DNA of 64,000 nt from the human T2T-CHM13v2.0 reference genome, Homo sapiens: assembly GCF_009914755.1 (NCBI RefSeq), contig NC_060928.1; one strand, 5' to 3'. The position numbers and the translations under genes were made by a program. The stretch's first letter is position 1. The number at the start of each line of letters is the position of its first letter. Below the pieces are notes generated by a model. That model was not told the DNA's origin, made no database searches, and was given only the letters and a program-made list of their open reading frames with translations. Shown in pieces: positions 12,991 to 26,971 of this stretch.

Positions 12991-14141
12991 AAACTTTTGA
13001 GTAATGGATAACAAACCTGGCTTTGCTGCATACATAAACCACTTCTTAATGATACATTAATAGCATAAATAATTAATGAACTAATTATTTTAGATAGTGA
13101 TCACTCAAACCTTCACCATTCTTTTTCTACCCAAAATACAGAGGCAGGCAAGTTTCATTTATTCTTTATTTAAATAAAATGGGAGGTAAGAATAGGCAGT
13201 AATCTTGGGGATGAAATGAATATAATGGCACTTGGGTGCAATTATTTTATGCACTGATTTCTGTACTAGAGACTGACTATATTTCAAAGTGTAGTAGGAG
13301 GCCACATAAAACTCATTTCACTTCACATATATATCTCTTCTCAACATGTGTTTTTCTTTTAAAAGCAGGCTAAAGATTCATGGCCAGAAAATTGAGCTAA
13401 AAATGTGTATTAAGAGTATGTAATTTTCAAATCTTAATTTTGCTATTTCTTAACTTAAATCCCAAATTACTTTCAAAAGCCTCCATTACTCTTGTATTAT
13501 ATAATGCTTCATTTAATAGGCCAACTTTTGGAAGAAAGTGTAGGAGAACTTTGCTTAGAGCTATTATGCAAGAATACCAAGACTACCTTAGCCAAATTTC
13601 ACAGAATTGATGCACGCAGAGATGGAGGTGGGGTGGAAGAAAGCTTTTATTTTGTTTGAATGCTTTTATTCTTCCCTTCACAATGCTATATTTAACTGTG
13701 AAATCATTTTCCAGGTCCCAACTGTATTTGTGTAAGCTAGGATCTCAATAAATACTTTTGTACAGCAATCGTCAAGGTGTCTGACAGAAACGTTAATAAT
13801 AACAGAAAAAGCAGTTTAGACTGGTATTTATCATGTCAAACAGACATCACAGTCATAGCCAATCTGCATGAAACAACATGTAGATTAAATATTATATTTG
13901 ACTCGAGGACAGAGGATTCTTCTCTATTGAATAAGAATCACAAAATCTGAGTGCCAAAATAGATAACTTCTGAGTATCTCCATGTCTCAATTTTCTTTCC
14001 TAAAAATCTAAAATGAATGACTGATCTAATTTGGAAATTGGGGAAGATGAGTTTGCAGGTTTGATTCCTAAAGTTTTTCAAATTGTGTACTGTACAATCC
14101 TAAGAAATGCTTTATGGTAGTTTTGGGAACCAGGAGAAAAT

Positions 14142-14225
14142 AAAGTAAAAATTTTCCTTTTCCCTAATATTTTCCAATTTTTCCTATTTTTTGAAAATGT
14201 TAGGGAAAAGGAAAATTTCTACTTT
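14142..14225. repeat. Inverted repeat, 33-bp arms (31/33 match), 18-nt spacer
   Basis: aaagtaaaaattttccttttccctaatattttc versus gaaaatgttagggaaaaggaaaatttctacttt. Confidence 0.93.
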
Positions 14226-15805
14226 TGGAAAATATTTACCACTTTAATTGGAAAGCAGTTTAGTTCTTAGTTCCTAAACATTGTCCCAACAATTTGATAT
14301 GCCACATAATGACAGCACAAAGAACATACATTAGAGAAACTGAATCATTATTTCAAATAGTCCTTTAACATTTGTGGATTTAATATTTGAGATTTCAGCA
14401 ATTTTCTGGTGATCATAAAAGTTTATGCAAAACACTATTGTTTAGACAAAGCACAAATTTAAAATTCATGTGTTGAGACTCTGGAGCATGTTCCAACGTA
14501 GGAACTTCGCCAACTGTGTCTCAGGTCATCTTTCCGCTTCCTACTCATTGTCACCCCTGAAATGAGTGACTTAAGGTCCCAAACAGTTTACACTTCATGA
14601 AAAAATAGATAAAGAAACAAACTTTGTACAGGTTGAAAAGGTAGTTAAGTAGGAATATATATGTTGGAAACATACTTTTGCTTGAAAATAGGGTTTGAGA
14701 AAAAGCTGGGAGATTGTAGTCACATTTCCTCATTTGCAAAGGAATCAAGATTTATCATCTCTTGAATGTCAAGATTTATCTCTCAAATGTCAAATGTCTG
14801 AGGTAGGAACCTTTATTTTGGTACGATGAAATTTATTATTTCTTCTCGTGAAAGCTGTCATTAAATTCCAGAATAGTTCCAATCCAAGTTTAAGGGTGGG
14901 GGAAGGTGATTTAACCCTCAGTATCCTCTTTAGTTTTTTGCATTATCCCTTTGTGGAATGGTAAATTTTAATAATATGCTTCATAAAATCAATTTCCTTA
15001 GATGACTCTTTCTCTCTTTTTCTCTCAATGATTAAAAACTTAGCTATAAAGAGGTCTTATTTGGAGCCATGGCTATTAAACACACACACAGACACACACA
15101 GGTTTCAAGTTTTCCCAGAATTTATTGGTTTTGTGTGGATAACTCTGAAGAATGAAACTATGTATTGAAATACGCATTTGTGTTATTCTGGCTGTAAGGA
15201 ATAGAAGATGAGAATTTATGTACATGCTCAAATTACAAAAAGTAAACAATACAGAAGTTAATATGAGGAGGAGAAATTCATAGGAGTAAATTACTATAGT
15301 GTGGAGGAGAAGAGAACTGGGTTTTGAAGCCCCATTCCAGATAAGTTAGAGACTTTACATTTATAAGCATGAATGACAAGCATGTATCATCAGTCTTAAT
15401 GGGGGAATCTGATTGTAAATCATGTGAATTGGAAGTAACCTTGAAATAAAAAGAATATATATGAATCAGAAATGATTAATTCTGGTGAAAATCTTACATA
15501 GCTATAATAAAACATACTGATAACAACAAATTAACTTCTCAAACTTTTGGATACTCTTGAAATAATTAGGCTTTCAAAACACCAAGATGCAGAATTTTGG
15601 CAAATTATAGGCAGGTAAAAAGAAACGGAATTGAGAAAGGAAAGTTAGAAATTCCTTGATATAGAGAGACAAAGAGCTAATATAATAATATAACAATAAC
15701 AATAATAACACAGAAAATCAGTCAAAGAATAAGATCAGGGCAAAACAAAATGACAGAAGTTTAACACACGTGTATGGTTGTCTAAAATAGATTTTTATGT
15801 AAGTT

Positions 15806-15885
15806 ATAGAAGATATTAAGTGATTAAGAAAATAGAAGATATTAAGTGATTAAGAAAATAGAAGATATTAAGTGATTAAGAAAAT
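15806..15885. repeat. Perfect 26-bp tandem repeat, 3 copies
   Basis: Unit atagaagatattaagtgattaagaaa at 15806, 15832 and 15858. Confidence 0.97.
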
Positions 15886-17124
15886 TTGCCATGTAATTTC
15901 AATTATTGAGCTGAGAAGCTAAAAGATAAACTTTGGGAATGAAGAGAGAATAATGGAAAGGATTCAGAGTGAATTAAAGGAGACAGAGAGATGATAAAAT
16001 AATATTAATAAATTAATTGGCTAAATAAAATTGTAGGTTTTGAAAAAAGAAACATTGGAAAGTGGCAAGTACCTTTTCAAGTTTGATTGAATAAAGTTAT
16101 ATTTCCTTTAAGACTATGCATGAGGATATTTATAGAGTCAAAGCAAGTCCAAACAAAGTCCAGTAGTATAGAAAAGGCTACAGAAACTATGGACCAAAGA
16201 TGCAAGAGAGTGGTATGAGTTTGTGCAATGGAGGGTAATAAACAGCAATGCCAGACCAAGGGAAAATGTAAGCACACTGAAGACATGAAACATGTAGAGT
16301 ATTCCTGAATCTGAAACAATTCCGACCAGTGAGACAACCTGAGATAGAGAAAGTTAAATGAATAACCTCTTCCTTTTAGACCTCACCAAGAATGTTTTCT
16401 GTAAGTGATTATTTAATTATTTTTCAGGACCCAATAAACTGTTAAATGCTGTACAAGTTCTTTTGGACTTTTGATTTTGTCTGTGGCCTGCACACTTGGT
16501 TTTAGTGGAGAATGAAAAACAGACAGCAGGGCTGTCACTTCCCACCATTCTCTTCATCCATGATCTGTCTCCTGGACTTTCTTGGGTTCTGCTAATTTAG
16601 TGTTAGCTATTATATATAAATGGTGTTTTTCTCATCTTCACTTGTGGGGAGCACAGAAAACCTCCTGGAACACATCTGAAATACAGAAACACATCTGAAC
16701 TCTAACAAACCCATCATTTCTAGAATTTTGATCAAATATCCTTGTACTTACTTCTTGAGAATTTCATTGAATAGTTAACTTACATGAATCAGAGTCATTC
16801 TTTTCTACCCTCTATCACATCTACATTACGATAATATTACAATCCCTGAAAATTTAACACTAAGGAATATAAAAATATAAGAAGCTATTTAACCAGAATC
16901 CTGTCATAACAACTAATTTAAATTAATTTGATCCCTGTTGTTATGCAAAAGCACATGCAGGTTTCATGTGGGTGTAATCATAGTGTAGAACACAAACTTA
17001 CCCTGCCTCTTTCCACGTGCTTTGTAATAATCATGATACAGTGCTGTATAACAGAAAAGTGATGACTTTTTAATGGTTTCTTAGTATTTCTTTAAGTATC
17101 AGTAAATGTTCAAAATAACTAATC

Positions 17125-17910
17125 TTTCGGGAAATAAAATTAAAACTACACATTGAGATATTACTCTGTGCCAACTAGAATAACTAAAATTTTAAAAATT
17201 GGCAATAGTAAGCTTTAATGAGGCTGAGAAACAACTATAACTTTTTGCACATTGCTAAAGAGTGCAGAATGCCACAGGCAAGCTTAAAAAATCACTTAGA
17301 AATGCATTTTGGAACCAGGGAGGCTGAAGCAGGAGGATTGCTTGAAGCCAGGAGTTCAAGACCAGCCTGAGCAACACAAAGAGACCCCATCTCTAAAACA
17401 ACAAGAATGAATAAAAAATTAGTCAGATGTGGTAGTGTGTGCCTGTAGTCACAGCTACTTGGGAGGATAGATCACTTGAGCTCAGGAGTTTGAGGCTGAA
17501 GTGAACTATGATCATACCCCCATAGTCCAGTTTGGGCGATAGTGCAAGACCTCATTTCCAATAAAATAAAAATAAAATTAAAAATATACTATATAATTTA
17601 TAGTACACCTTACTAGAACACCCAGTAATCCCAATTTTAGGTATTTACCCCTGAAAATAATCATCAAAGTACACATGACTTTCACATTTGTAAAATTAGA
17701 GCCCCAAAGCTGAAACCTCCCAAATGCTTATGAGCTGATAAATGGATGAACAAACTTGGATACAGCTATATAATGGAATGCTACTCAATAATAAAAAGGA
17801 ACAAACTGCCAATAAATGCAACAACATGGGTGAATCTCTAAAGTGTTATGATAAGCAAAAGAAGCCAGAAACAAGACTATGTGATATTATCTCATTTATA
17901 TGGAATTTAT
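17125..17910 (+). mobile_element. Old L1 (L1MD/ME-like) 3' end, interrupted by an Alu
   Basis: aaattaaaactacacattgagatattac...atggaatgctactcaataataaaaaggaac...caacaacatgggtgaatct. Confidence 0.75.
17312..17585 (+). mobile_element. 5'-truncated AluJ-type element
   Basis: gggaggctgaagcaggaggattgcttgaagccaggagttcaagaccagcctg...gcctgtagtcacagctacttgggagg, with an (aataa)n tail. Confidence 0.92.
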
Positions 17911-20900
17911 AAATTGCATTGTTTTCTTGATTTCACATTCCAGTATTTGGTGCCAAAAACTAGAAATTTAATTATTGACCTAATGTCCTACAACCTTGCT
18001 ACACACATTTATAACTTTTAGTGTTGCCTTGTACATTCCTTAGGCTGTCTAACACAGAGATAGTTATGTCATCTGAAAATGAAGAAAGTTTTACTTCTTT
18101 GTTTCCCATCTCTGTGAGTCTGAAATTTTCTTTTTGGGAAGCTCTAAAATTTTAAATTCAATTTCTGTAATACATATAAGCCCATATGTCAAATATAGAG
18201 CCATTTAATACATATATTGAGATTTGAAAATTCTTGTCTTTTAAGGGATTTGTTCATTACATCAAAATTAACAAATTTATTGATATAAAGTTGTTTATAA
18301 TATTCTTTTGTTTTCTTTCCATTGTTTGCAGTGACTTCCTTTTCATTCTGTATATTAGTAACTTATATTTGTTTTCTAAATCTTAAGATAAATGGTTATC
18401 CATGATTTCATGATTTTTTCCCCAATTTAAAGAAATATAGTTGGCTTTATTAATTGTCCCTATGGTTTTTATATTTTCTACTTATTTGGTTTCTGCTTTT
18501 ATCTTATATTTTTCCTTCTGCTTAATTTAGGCTTAATTTTTCTTTTCTAGTTTCTTGTAGAAGATAGGATTTTTGCTTTGAGAACATTCTTCCTTTAATA
18601 TAAATGTTACATGCTGTAAATTTCCCTCTAAACAATGCTATAGCTGCATACTCCAAATTTTAAATATTGTATTTTCATTTTCTTTAGTGCAAAATGTTTT
18701 TATATTCTCTTGTGATTTTTTCTTTTATTTATTATTTAATTATATAAATAATTTTATTTATTTATGTGCATGTTTCTCATTGTAAAATATTTGGAGATTT
18801 CCCAGATACCTTTTTTGTTGATGATTGCTTATTTAATTCAATAGATAGAAAATAAACAGTGTGATTTCATTCCTTTTAAATTTTTGGAGAGTTGTTTTCA
18901 TTTAAGTAGATAATCAATCCTGAGAAATGTTTTAGGCATATTTGGAAAAAAAATTGTATTCAGCTATTGAGTGGACTGTACTACAAATGCCAAATGCTAA
19001 ATTAGGTTAAATTCCTTGATGTTGCTGTTAAAGTCTCATCTCTTTACTGATTTTTTGGGGGTGGGTGAGGGGAGGACTACATGTTTTATTAATAGGATGC
19101 ATGTCAGGGTGTGTGTGTGTGTGTGTTTCTGTGGGGTTTTTCTTACTGTGTGTGTATGTCTATGTTTCTTTGCCTGATATTAATATAGTAACTCCAGCTT
19201 TTTTTTTTGCATGATATATATTTTTTATCTTTTCACTTTAACCAGTTTAAGTCTTTATATTTAATGTAAATATTTTGTAAATAGTGTGTAGTTTGATCTT
19301 ACTTGTTATTTACTCTGACACTCTCTTCCTTTTTAATTAATGAATGTAGACCCTTTAAATTTAATGCAGTTTGACATAAAATCTGTAATGTTGGTATTTG
19401 TTTTCTAGCTTTCCATCTCTTGTTGTTTTTCTCTTTTCCTATATTCCCTTAGATGAGTATGTTTTATATTTCTATTTTATTTCTACTTTGATTTGTTGCC
19501 TATATATATATATATATATATATGTTTATTTAGTGGTTTCTCTTAGGTTTACAACAGGTTTTAAATTTTCCCAGCCTATGTTCTAATGATACTAAACCAA
19601 TTCATATATAGTGTAAGAAACTTTCATTTACTCTGTTTTGGCTTTTGTACTAAGGTTGTCATGTGTTTTATTTCTACCTAAAATATAATCTTGACAAACA
19701 TTATTTTTTGCTATATGACACTGATTCATATTTTAAAAGATTAAAAAATCAGAAAAAGTGGCTTTGGTATTTATTTTTATAATTGCCATTTCTAGCACTC
19801 ATTATTTCTTTGTGTAGATCCAAATTTCTCTCTTGTATCATTTTCCTTTTGCTTGAAAGGCACTTAATATTTCTCGCAGTGCAGTTCTGCTGGTTATTTC
19901 TGTCAGTTCATTTTGTGTATACAAGTCATTATTCTGCCTTCATCTTTTGAGCACATTTTGTCTGGGAATAAAATTATAACTGATATATTTTTAAAACAAT
20001 TTATAAATGTAAATTAAATTTTTGTGTGGCTTACCTAGTCTTTGAAAAGAAGTCAGCTGCCATTGATACACACACACACACTCACACACACACACACACA
20101 CAGTCATTTTTCCCCTCCTGTAGCTGCTTTTAAGATTTTTATCTTTGTCACTGATTCTTAGATTATAATGTTTCCTTATATATTTTTTCTGTTTGGGCTT
20201 CACTGAGCTTCTTCAGTCCGTAGGATTACAGTTTTCATTGAATTTGATATTGTAGTAGTGATTTCTTCAAAATTGTTTTTTTTACTCACACTCTTATTTC
20301 TTCTAAGACTCCAGTTACACATATTGTACCACTGGAAACAGGTCACAGATGCTGTGTTCAGTTTTGCACATTTTTTTTCCCTTTGGGCTTTATTTTGAGT
20401 CTTTTTTTTACCGTGTCTTCAGGTTCACTGATATTTTCTCTGAGATGTCTATTCTGATGTTAATCTTACAATTATTTAATTAAAATATTCTATATCTCTA
20501 GAAGTTCCATTAGTCTTTTTTTATAGTTTTTTTTCTGTTTTTATTCTGTTCATGTTTTTCTTTGGGTCTCTAAGCATGCTTATGATATTTCTATGTTTTA
20601 AGGTCCTTCACTATTTTGGGGTCTGCTTTTATTAATTAATTGTCCTCCTGGTTATGGGTCATATTTTCCTGCTTCTTTGTATACTTTGTAAGTTTTATTG
20701 GATTATGCATATTATACATCTTACCTTGTTGGATGTTAGTTTGCTATATCCCTTCAAACAATTATGGGCCTTTCTTCTGACGTGAAGTTAAGTCACTTTG
20801 GCTCACTTTTGAAGTTTGCTTTTAACTTCTTTAGGGTGTATCCAGAACAGACTTAATTATGTCTAATTTAGACACATGTCTGAGGTATGATTCTTCAGAA

Positions 20901-21400
20901 GTCTTCATAATTGTCCTGAAAATTTGATGTCTCTTCCCTCAACATGGTAGGAATGTAAGCCATTCTAAACCCTCTGTGAGCCCCAGGAGTTATTTGACCT
21001 ACTTACTATTTTCTGACATTTTACTCCCTCATCCCATGGACTTTAAACTCACACTTATCCAGATCAGTACTCAACAAAGACTTTAGATCTCTGGGCTCTT
21101 TCTCTAAATAACTCCTTTCTTTCCACTCTGCCTTGCAAATTCCAGCTGCCTTGACTTTCCTGAACTTCTTTCACTATCCCTTCCTTCCTCAACAATGTGA
21201 AGCTTCTGGTCTCCATTGTGGCTCTTTCTGATCTGCAGCCTGGACACCACCTCCAGGTAGTAAACTCGGGGAATCAGGGTGTACCTCATTAGATGTTCTT
21301 CTATCAGGGAATCGTGTCATTTATTGCCTGTTTTCCAATGGCTGCAAACTGTAATTTCATGTATTTTGTCAGGTCTTCTATTTTTTTTATGGTGAGAGAG
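17910..21400 (-). mobile_element. Fragmented old L1M (ORF2, ORF1 and 5' region pieces)
   Basis: T-rich antisense L1 motifs: gctgtaaatttccctctaaac, gcctgatattaatatagtaactccagctt, agaagtcagctgccatt, gcttttaagatttt. Confidence 0.72.
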
Positions 21401-21474
21401 AAATCTCTGTGGCAGATACATTTTCCTTTGTGGAAGCAGACATCCTTTCCAAGAGTTTTCATAAGCACCAAATT

Positions 21475-21960
21475 CTTATTGTTTTGGTAACTATTGCTGA
21501 CTTAAAAATTATCCCTGAACATAGCACCATAAAATATCAACTTTACTTTGCCCACAATTTTATATGTCAGAAATTTGGAGAAGTATGGCTGGACGGGTTT
21601 GCTTGCGGTTTCTTACATGGTTGAAGTTAGATGCTGTGAAGGCTCAAATACGTTAAATATCCTATGTGGCTCATTCATGTGACTTGCAGTTGATGCTGGT
21701 CGTCAACTGGACTTTGTAGCATGGTGCTCTTGGTATGGGTAGTCTTCTTACATGATGTCTGGCTTCCCTCATAGCGAAAACCCAAGTGAAATGGGCACAA
21801 ACGTTATGGATTTTTATACTCTAGATTGGGAAGCATTATAGGATCAGTTGTAACATATTCTATTGTTGAAGGAGATACAAACCTATCCCGGTTCAAGGGG
21901 AAAGGACACCGATCCCGTCTCTCAATGGGAGGAGTATCAAAAAGTTATGTTCCTTTTTTA
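21475..21960 (-). mobile_element. Old MLT1 (G/H/I-like) LTR
   Basis: ctattgctg...aattatccctgaacatag...gcccacaattttatatgtcagaaatttgg...ttcttacatgatgtctggcttccc...ctctcaatgggaggagt. Confidence 0.7.
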
Positions 21961-22041
21961 AAAATTATTTTATCTCTGTTACATTTATTACTATTTGGAA
22001 TATCTAGAGTGGCTTGTTTTCCTAATTAAACCATGAATAAT

Positions 22042-23430
22042 TCAGAAATTGGTACCATAATTTGTATGCTGCCATAACAGAATGAAAATAGGTGGAGTTG
22101 GTTTAACAAATAGGTGGCAAGCAGCAATGAAGAAGATACAGCAGCTAGAAGACTGGAGAGCCCTGCTACGTATAGCAAGATGTTTGTGATAACTTGGAAG
22201 GTAAAATCTTTCTAGGAGAAAGATTAAAAGAGAGTGACAGTGTATGCTGGCAACCATTGGTGACATTTAGCCAGGTGTTACAAGAAAGAGATTAACTCAA
22301 ACAAGAATTGACTGGTTTTCAAGCAGAGATCAAAGGTAATAGAGAATGTCCAGAGCTCAAGTGCCTTACAAGATTGGAAAAACTGACTGCTTCTTGAAAG
22401 GAAATACTAAAGAGTTAGTTGTAAAAGGCCTTAAGTAACCAAGGTGTAGTAAGACTTTGTTAAAAAAAGAGAGAGAGAGAGAATCAAATGTGTGCTAATT
22501 TTCAGTTTAAGAATATTTTTTTCCTACCCAACCCTATTGTTTCAGATAGCCTCAATTACCTTGTTATTACTTTGAGAAAGAGAGAGATGGGGTGAGAAAG
22601 CAATGAAATAGTCAAACCTCAAGGCACAATCTAGAAAACAGCTTTGTATGGAGTTACTAGGGGAAGAAACTAGCTAGAAACAAATAAAAAAGAGCTACAA
22701 GCATAAAGGGACAAAATTTGCTCAGCTCCCAAGGAAGCCAGACATTTTTCCTACATAATTAGATAATAATGGGTATCAAATAAAGACATACTTCCAAGAG
22801 GGCCAAACCAGGGTTTTCAGAGAACAATTCTTGCCAGAAATAAGATTTTGGATATAATTAAGACTATTTTTTCATCTCAGGGTATGCGGCCTTTGCAGTG
22901 ACTCCCCATCAAGATTTCATACTTTCTACGAGCCATTGACTGCCTCGTGCCATTCATTCTTCTTTTTTCCTAACAAGAGATTGTATTGGGTGTCTTCTTT
23001 TCCTGCTCCACCACTGAGTGTTTTAGGAAGATAATACGGATTTTGGTTTCTTCCTTATGAATCATGGGGCGATGCATCTGAACCTGATGATGAGAATTGT
23101 GCATCACCTGCAGTTTCTGGACCTTGAGCTGACTGCGGTGAGTGGATGGGACTTTGTAGAGATAGTGACTGAGTTCTGTGTGTGAATAAGTGTAAAATTT
23201 ATTTAAAATATTTATTTGATTTTGTGTAAGAATAAGAGGCAGTATTCTCCTTTAAATGAGAATAAGAGAGTGGGAGCAAGTTTTGTGTTTATCAAAATGT
23301 GTTCCTGTTGACACACAGCTAAACTATGTTCTTATCTTTCTTTGAAGTTATGTGTGGCCATATAGCTAAATTCTGACTCAGGGAATGTGACACAAGTGAT
23401 GCAAGCTATTTCCCAGCTTGATCATATAAT
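22042..23430 (+). mobile_element. MLT1-type MaLR internal region followed by a partial MLT1J-like LTR
   Basis: Leader gaaattggtacc...tgctgccataaca; 3' part ctggaccttgagctg...gatgggactttg; LTR-like cacacagctaaacta...gtgtggccatatagctaaattctg...ggaatgtga. Confidence 0.65.
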
Positions 23431-23448
23431 AACATTACCTAAGGTAAG

Positions 23449-23904
23449 TGCTGTGGTTTGGATATAGTTTGTTTGTCCCCACCAAGTTCTGTGTTGAGAT
23501 GTGAACTCCAATATGTTGGAGTTGAGAGGTGGGACCTAGTAGGAGGTGTCTGGATCATGGGGATGGATCTCTCATGTATGGCTTGGTGCCATTTTGGTGG
23601 TAGTAAGTGAGTCCTGGCTCTCATAAGAATGGATTAGTTTTCAGGAAGTGAATTAATTCCTGAGAATATGGGTGTCATAAGGCCAGGACACCCTTGTGTT
23701 CAGTCCCTCTTCACATATGCCTATTTCCACTTTCACCTTCTCCACTATGTTGGATGCAACACAAAAACCTTCACTAGAGGCCAAGCAGATGTGGCAACCT
23801 GCTTCTTGTACAGCCTGAAAACTGTGAGCCAAATAACCCTTTTTTCTTTATAAAGTGTCTAGCCTCTGTTTTTTTTTTATACCATCACAAAACAAACTAA
23901 GACA
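23449..23904 (+). mobile_element. MSTB-type MaLR solo LTR
   Basis: tgctgtggtttggatatagtttgtttgtccccacc...actaagaca, with a perfect 5-bp TSD gtaag (23444-23448 and 23905-23909). Confidence 0.92.
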
Positions 23905-24943
23905 GTAAGTAATTTATAAAAGGATGTAAATACTCCTCAAGGCACACAGTAATCCTCTTGGCTTCCAAATCTGTAACAAAAGGTCCTAGCATACCTAAAG
24001 GGGACTAGTATAATGTGTGGTCTGGGGAAAGATAATTCTCAAACCTTAATAATTGCAACGTTTTGTTCATTTATGTCAACAGAATCCCACAGACTAAATG
24101 TGGGGGTTGAACTGTAAAAGTATTTGACCAAAGACAAAAGGGCAAACACTGGACAAGGATGAACTTACTTAAATGGGCTGACACTTTGTAGATTTTGATT
24201 CAAGGTTTTAGGTGAAGGAAATAGAAATGGGTTATATTGCTTTTTTGATTGGTTGGCTGAAACCAGGATGAATGGTTTGGAACCAAAAGTTCTTTGTTTT
24301 TCTTAAAAAAGGAATCCAATAATTTAATGATATAGAAATATTGAACTGAATTTATCATATGCAACTTAATCTCTCACTCCCATTATACACCTATATCCCA
24401 CAGAAAATCACAGGATACTTACTTTACAGTAGCATTGGGAAATATATTTGTGAGGGAGCACCAGCATCCTTAAAAATCTTTGTAGCACCTGTTGTGGCAA
24501 GCTGGGGATAAACAGTGGTGTTTTATTCCACCATAAAAATGGGCTACCAAGGGCTTGATGGGAATGGCAGTACTCAATCATGTAAAAAATGAGTGTGGTA
24601 CCAAATGGATAGCAAGGTTAGAGACACAGAGTGGCTTGGCTCATTCTGTCAAAATGGTCTGACAGAATGGTGTGACTAATTAATCGTAATGTTCCTCTAG
24701 CACTGAAATAAGTGGGAACCTACAAACTACTTGATTCATATAATTGAAAAAAAAAATAGGTTGGGTGAACAATGACCTGACTTGAAACCATGTAATCCAT
24801 AAGGCTGCTGATATTGAGTGCACTCTGAAACAAGAAATGTTTCTTCAGCTGAGCATTACTAGACTCATTGGTATCTAAGATGTCTTTGGAAGAAGATACA
24901 GATGCTCTATAAACTTCTGGCAAATCAAAGTGGGAGAACACTA

Positions 24944-25411
24944 TGCACTTTGCTGGTGTAATTAAGGTTATTAATCAGTTGACCTTAAAATATGTGATTA
25001 TCCCAGTGGAGATAATTTAATCAATTGAGCCATTTAAAAACAAAGTTTTCTGCAGTTAGTACAGAGGAAATAGTCAAGATATCTGATGCATGGAAATGAT
25101 TGGATGCACTATTGCTGACTTGAGGATGATGAAAGTCATATGGCAAAGAAACAGGAATCTTAGTCCTACAAACATAAGAAACTTTATTCTGCCAAAACCC
25201 CGAATGCTCTTGGAAGCAGCTTCTTACCCAGGGCTTCAAGAAAGAAACAGTTCTCCTCTTGACTTGATTTAAGCCTTGTGTGACCCTGAGCGGAGAACCC
25301 ATTCATGACATGCCAGACCACTGACCTATAGAATTGTGAGTTAATGAATGGGTGTTGTTTTAAGCCACTACATTTATGGTAATTTGTACATAGCAATAGA
25401 AATCTATTGCA
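24944..25411 (+). mobile_element. MLT1D/E-like LTR
   Basis: ctttgctggtgtaattaaggttattaatcagttgaccttaaaat...gttgttttaagccactacatttatggtaatttgt. Confidence 0.85.
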
Positions 25412-26315
25412 CTATCTGATCCACTAGGCTGAGCCATAATGTTAGGCATATACAGTGGTACTCCATTAACAAGTGAAGCTGTGTTCTGTAGCCATATGTA
25501 AGCGTGAACAAGTCACTAACTTTCAAGGCACCTGCTACTGTTGCATTGCAATCTCTCTCTTTCAAGTCCATCTATAGTTTCACAGAGAGTTATGTCTGAT
25601 AAACTGACTAAGAAAAAAGTACATTAGGACCTCAATTACATATGGTTTCATATTTTATATTGGCACCAACCTGAAATACTAGTATTGCAGTTTCACTCAG
25701 GGATGGCTACAAAAGCCTGGAGGATGGGAAAGATAAAAATACTCCTAATGGCCTTAATACATGTATGTTCAGTTTGTTTTGAAGGAACAATGGCCATAGA
25801 TATGGATTTGTATCCATTTGTAGGCCAGGGCTAATTTGGCTGAATGGCTGGGGATCTGGAAAAACAAGTTTTGTGAATTTTTGACAAAACAAGTACAAAG
25901 GAAAGATACACGGATGGAACTTTGAGTATAAAGATATACTGTTATACATCAATCCTCACCAGAGGATATTCACTCATTAAAGGCTCATAGTGTTTAGGTA
26001 AAACATGATGACCCATTCTGTGAATGTCAGGCAGCCTCTTTCCTCAGTCCCTCTTGTACTTGTTCAATGGATTCCTTGATAAACCCTCCATAATGACAGA
26101 AGAAGGGGCCAGATACAGGTTAATAAAATGCACAACCACTCACCAAGACTACTACAGCTATTGCCACTGATAAATGCCCAACTTGCCAATAGTAGAAACC
26201 CATGCTGAGCTCCTGTAATGACACCATTTGCTGGGGAGACCATCCAGTCTCCAGATGGCAAGTGAATTACATTTGACCTCTTCCATTTTGAAGGGCGAAA
26301 AGATTTATCCTCTTT

Positions 26316-26971
26316 TTTTTTCTTTAGTCTCTTTTTTTTTATTATTATTATACTTTAAGTTTTAGGGTACATGTGCACAATGTGCAGGTTTGTTACATAT
26401 GTATACATGTGCCATGCTGGTGTGCTGCACCCATTAACTCATCATTTAGCATTAGGTATATCTCCTAATGCTATCCCTCCCCCCTCCCCCCACCCCACAA
26501 CAGTCCCCAGAGTGTGATGTTCCCCTTCCTGTGTCCATGTGTTCTCATTGTTCAATTCCCGTCTATGAGTGAGAACATGCGGTGTTTGGTTTTTTGTCCT
26601 TGCGATAGTTTACTGAGAATGATGATTTCCAATTTCATCCATGTCCCTACAAAGAACATGAACTCATCTTTTTTATGGCTGCATAGTATTCCATGGTGTA
26701 TATGTGCCACATTTTCTTAATCCAGTCTATCATTGTTGGACATTTGGGTTGGTTCCAAGTCTTTGCTATTGTGAATAGTGCCTCAATAAACATACGTTTT
26801 TTTAATACATAAAAAAATAAACATACGTTTTTTTATAGCAGCATGATTTATAGTCCTTTGGGTATATACCCAGTAATGGGATGGCTGGGTCAAATGGTAT
26901 TTCTAGTTCTAGACCCCTGAGGAATCGCCACACTGACTTCCACAATGGTTGAACTAGTTTACAGTCCCACC
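26316..26971 (-). mobile_element. 5'-truncated young L1 (about L1PA3), 3' UTR and ORF2 end
   Basis: Poly-T then attatactttaagttttagggtacatgtgcacaatgtgcagg...cagtcccacc. TSD approximately atcctcttt; removing the L1 restores the ERVL pol sequence. Confidence 0.96.

Noticed and set aside
14746-14798. Short imperfect tandem copies tcaagatttatc / tcaaatg
   Set aside because: Ordinary small slippage duplications.
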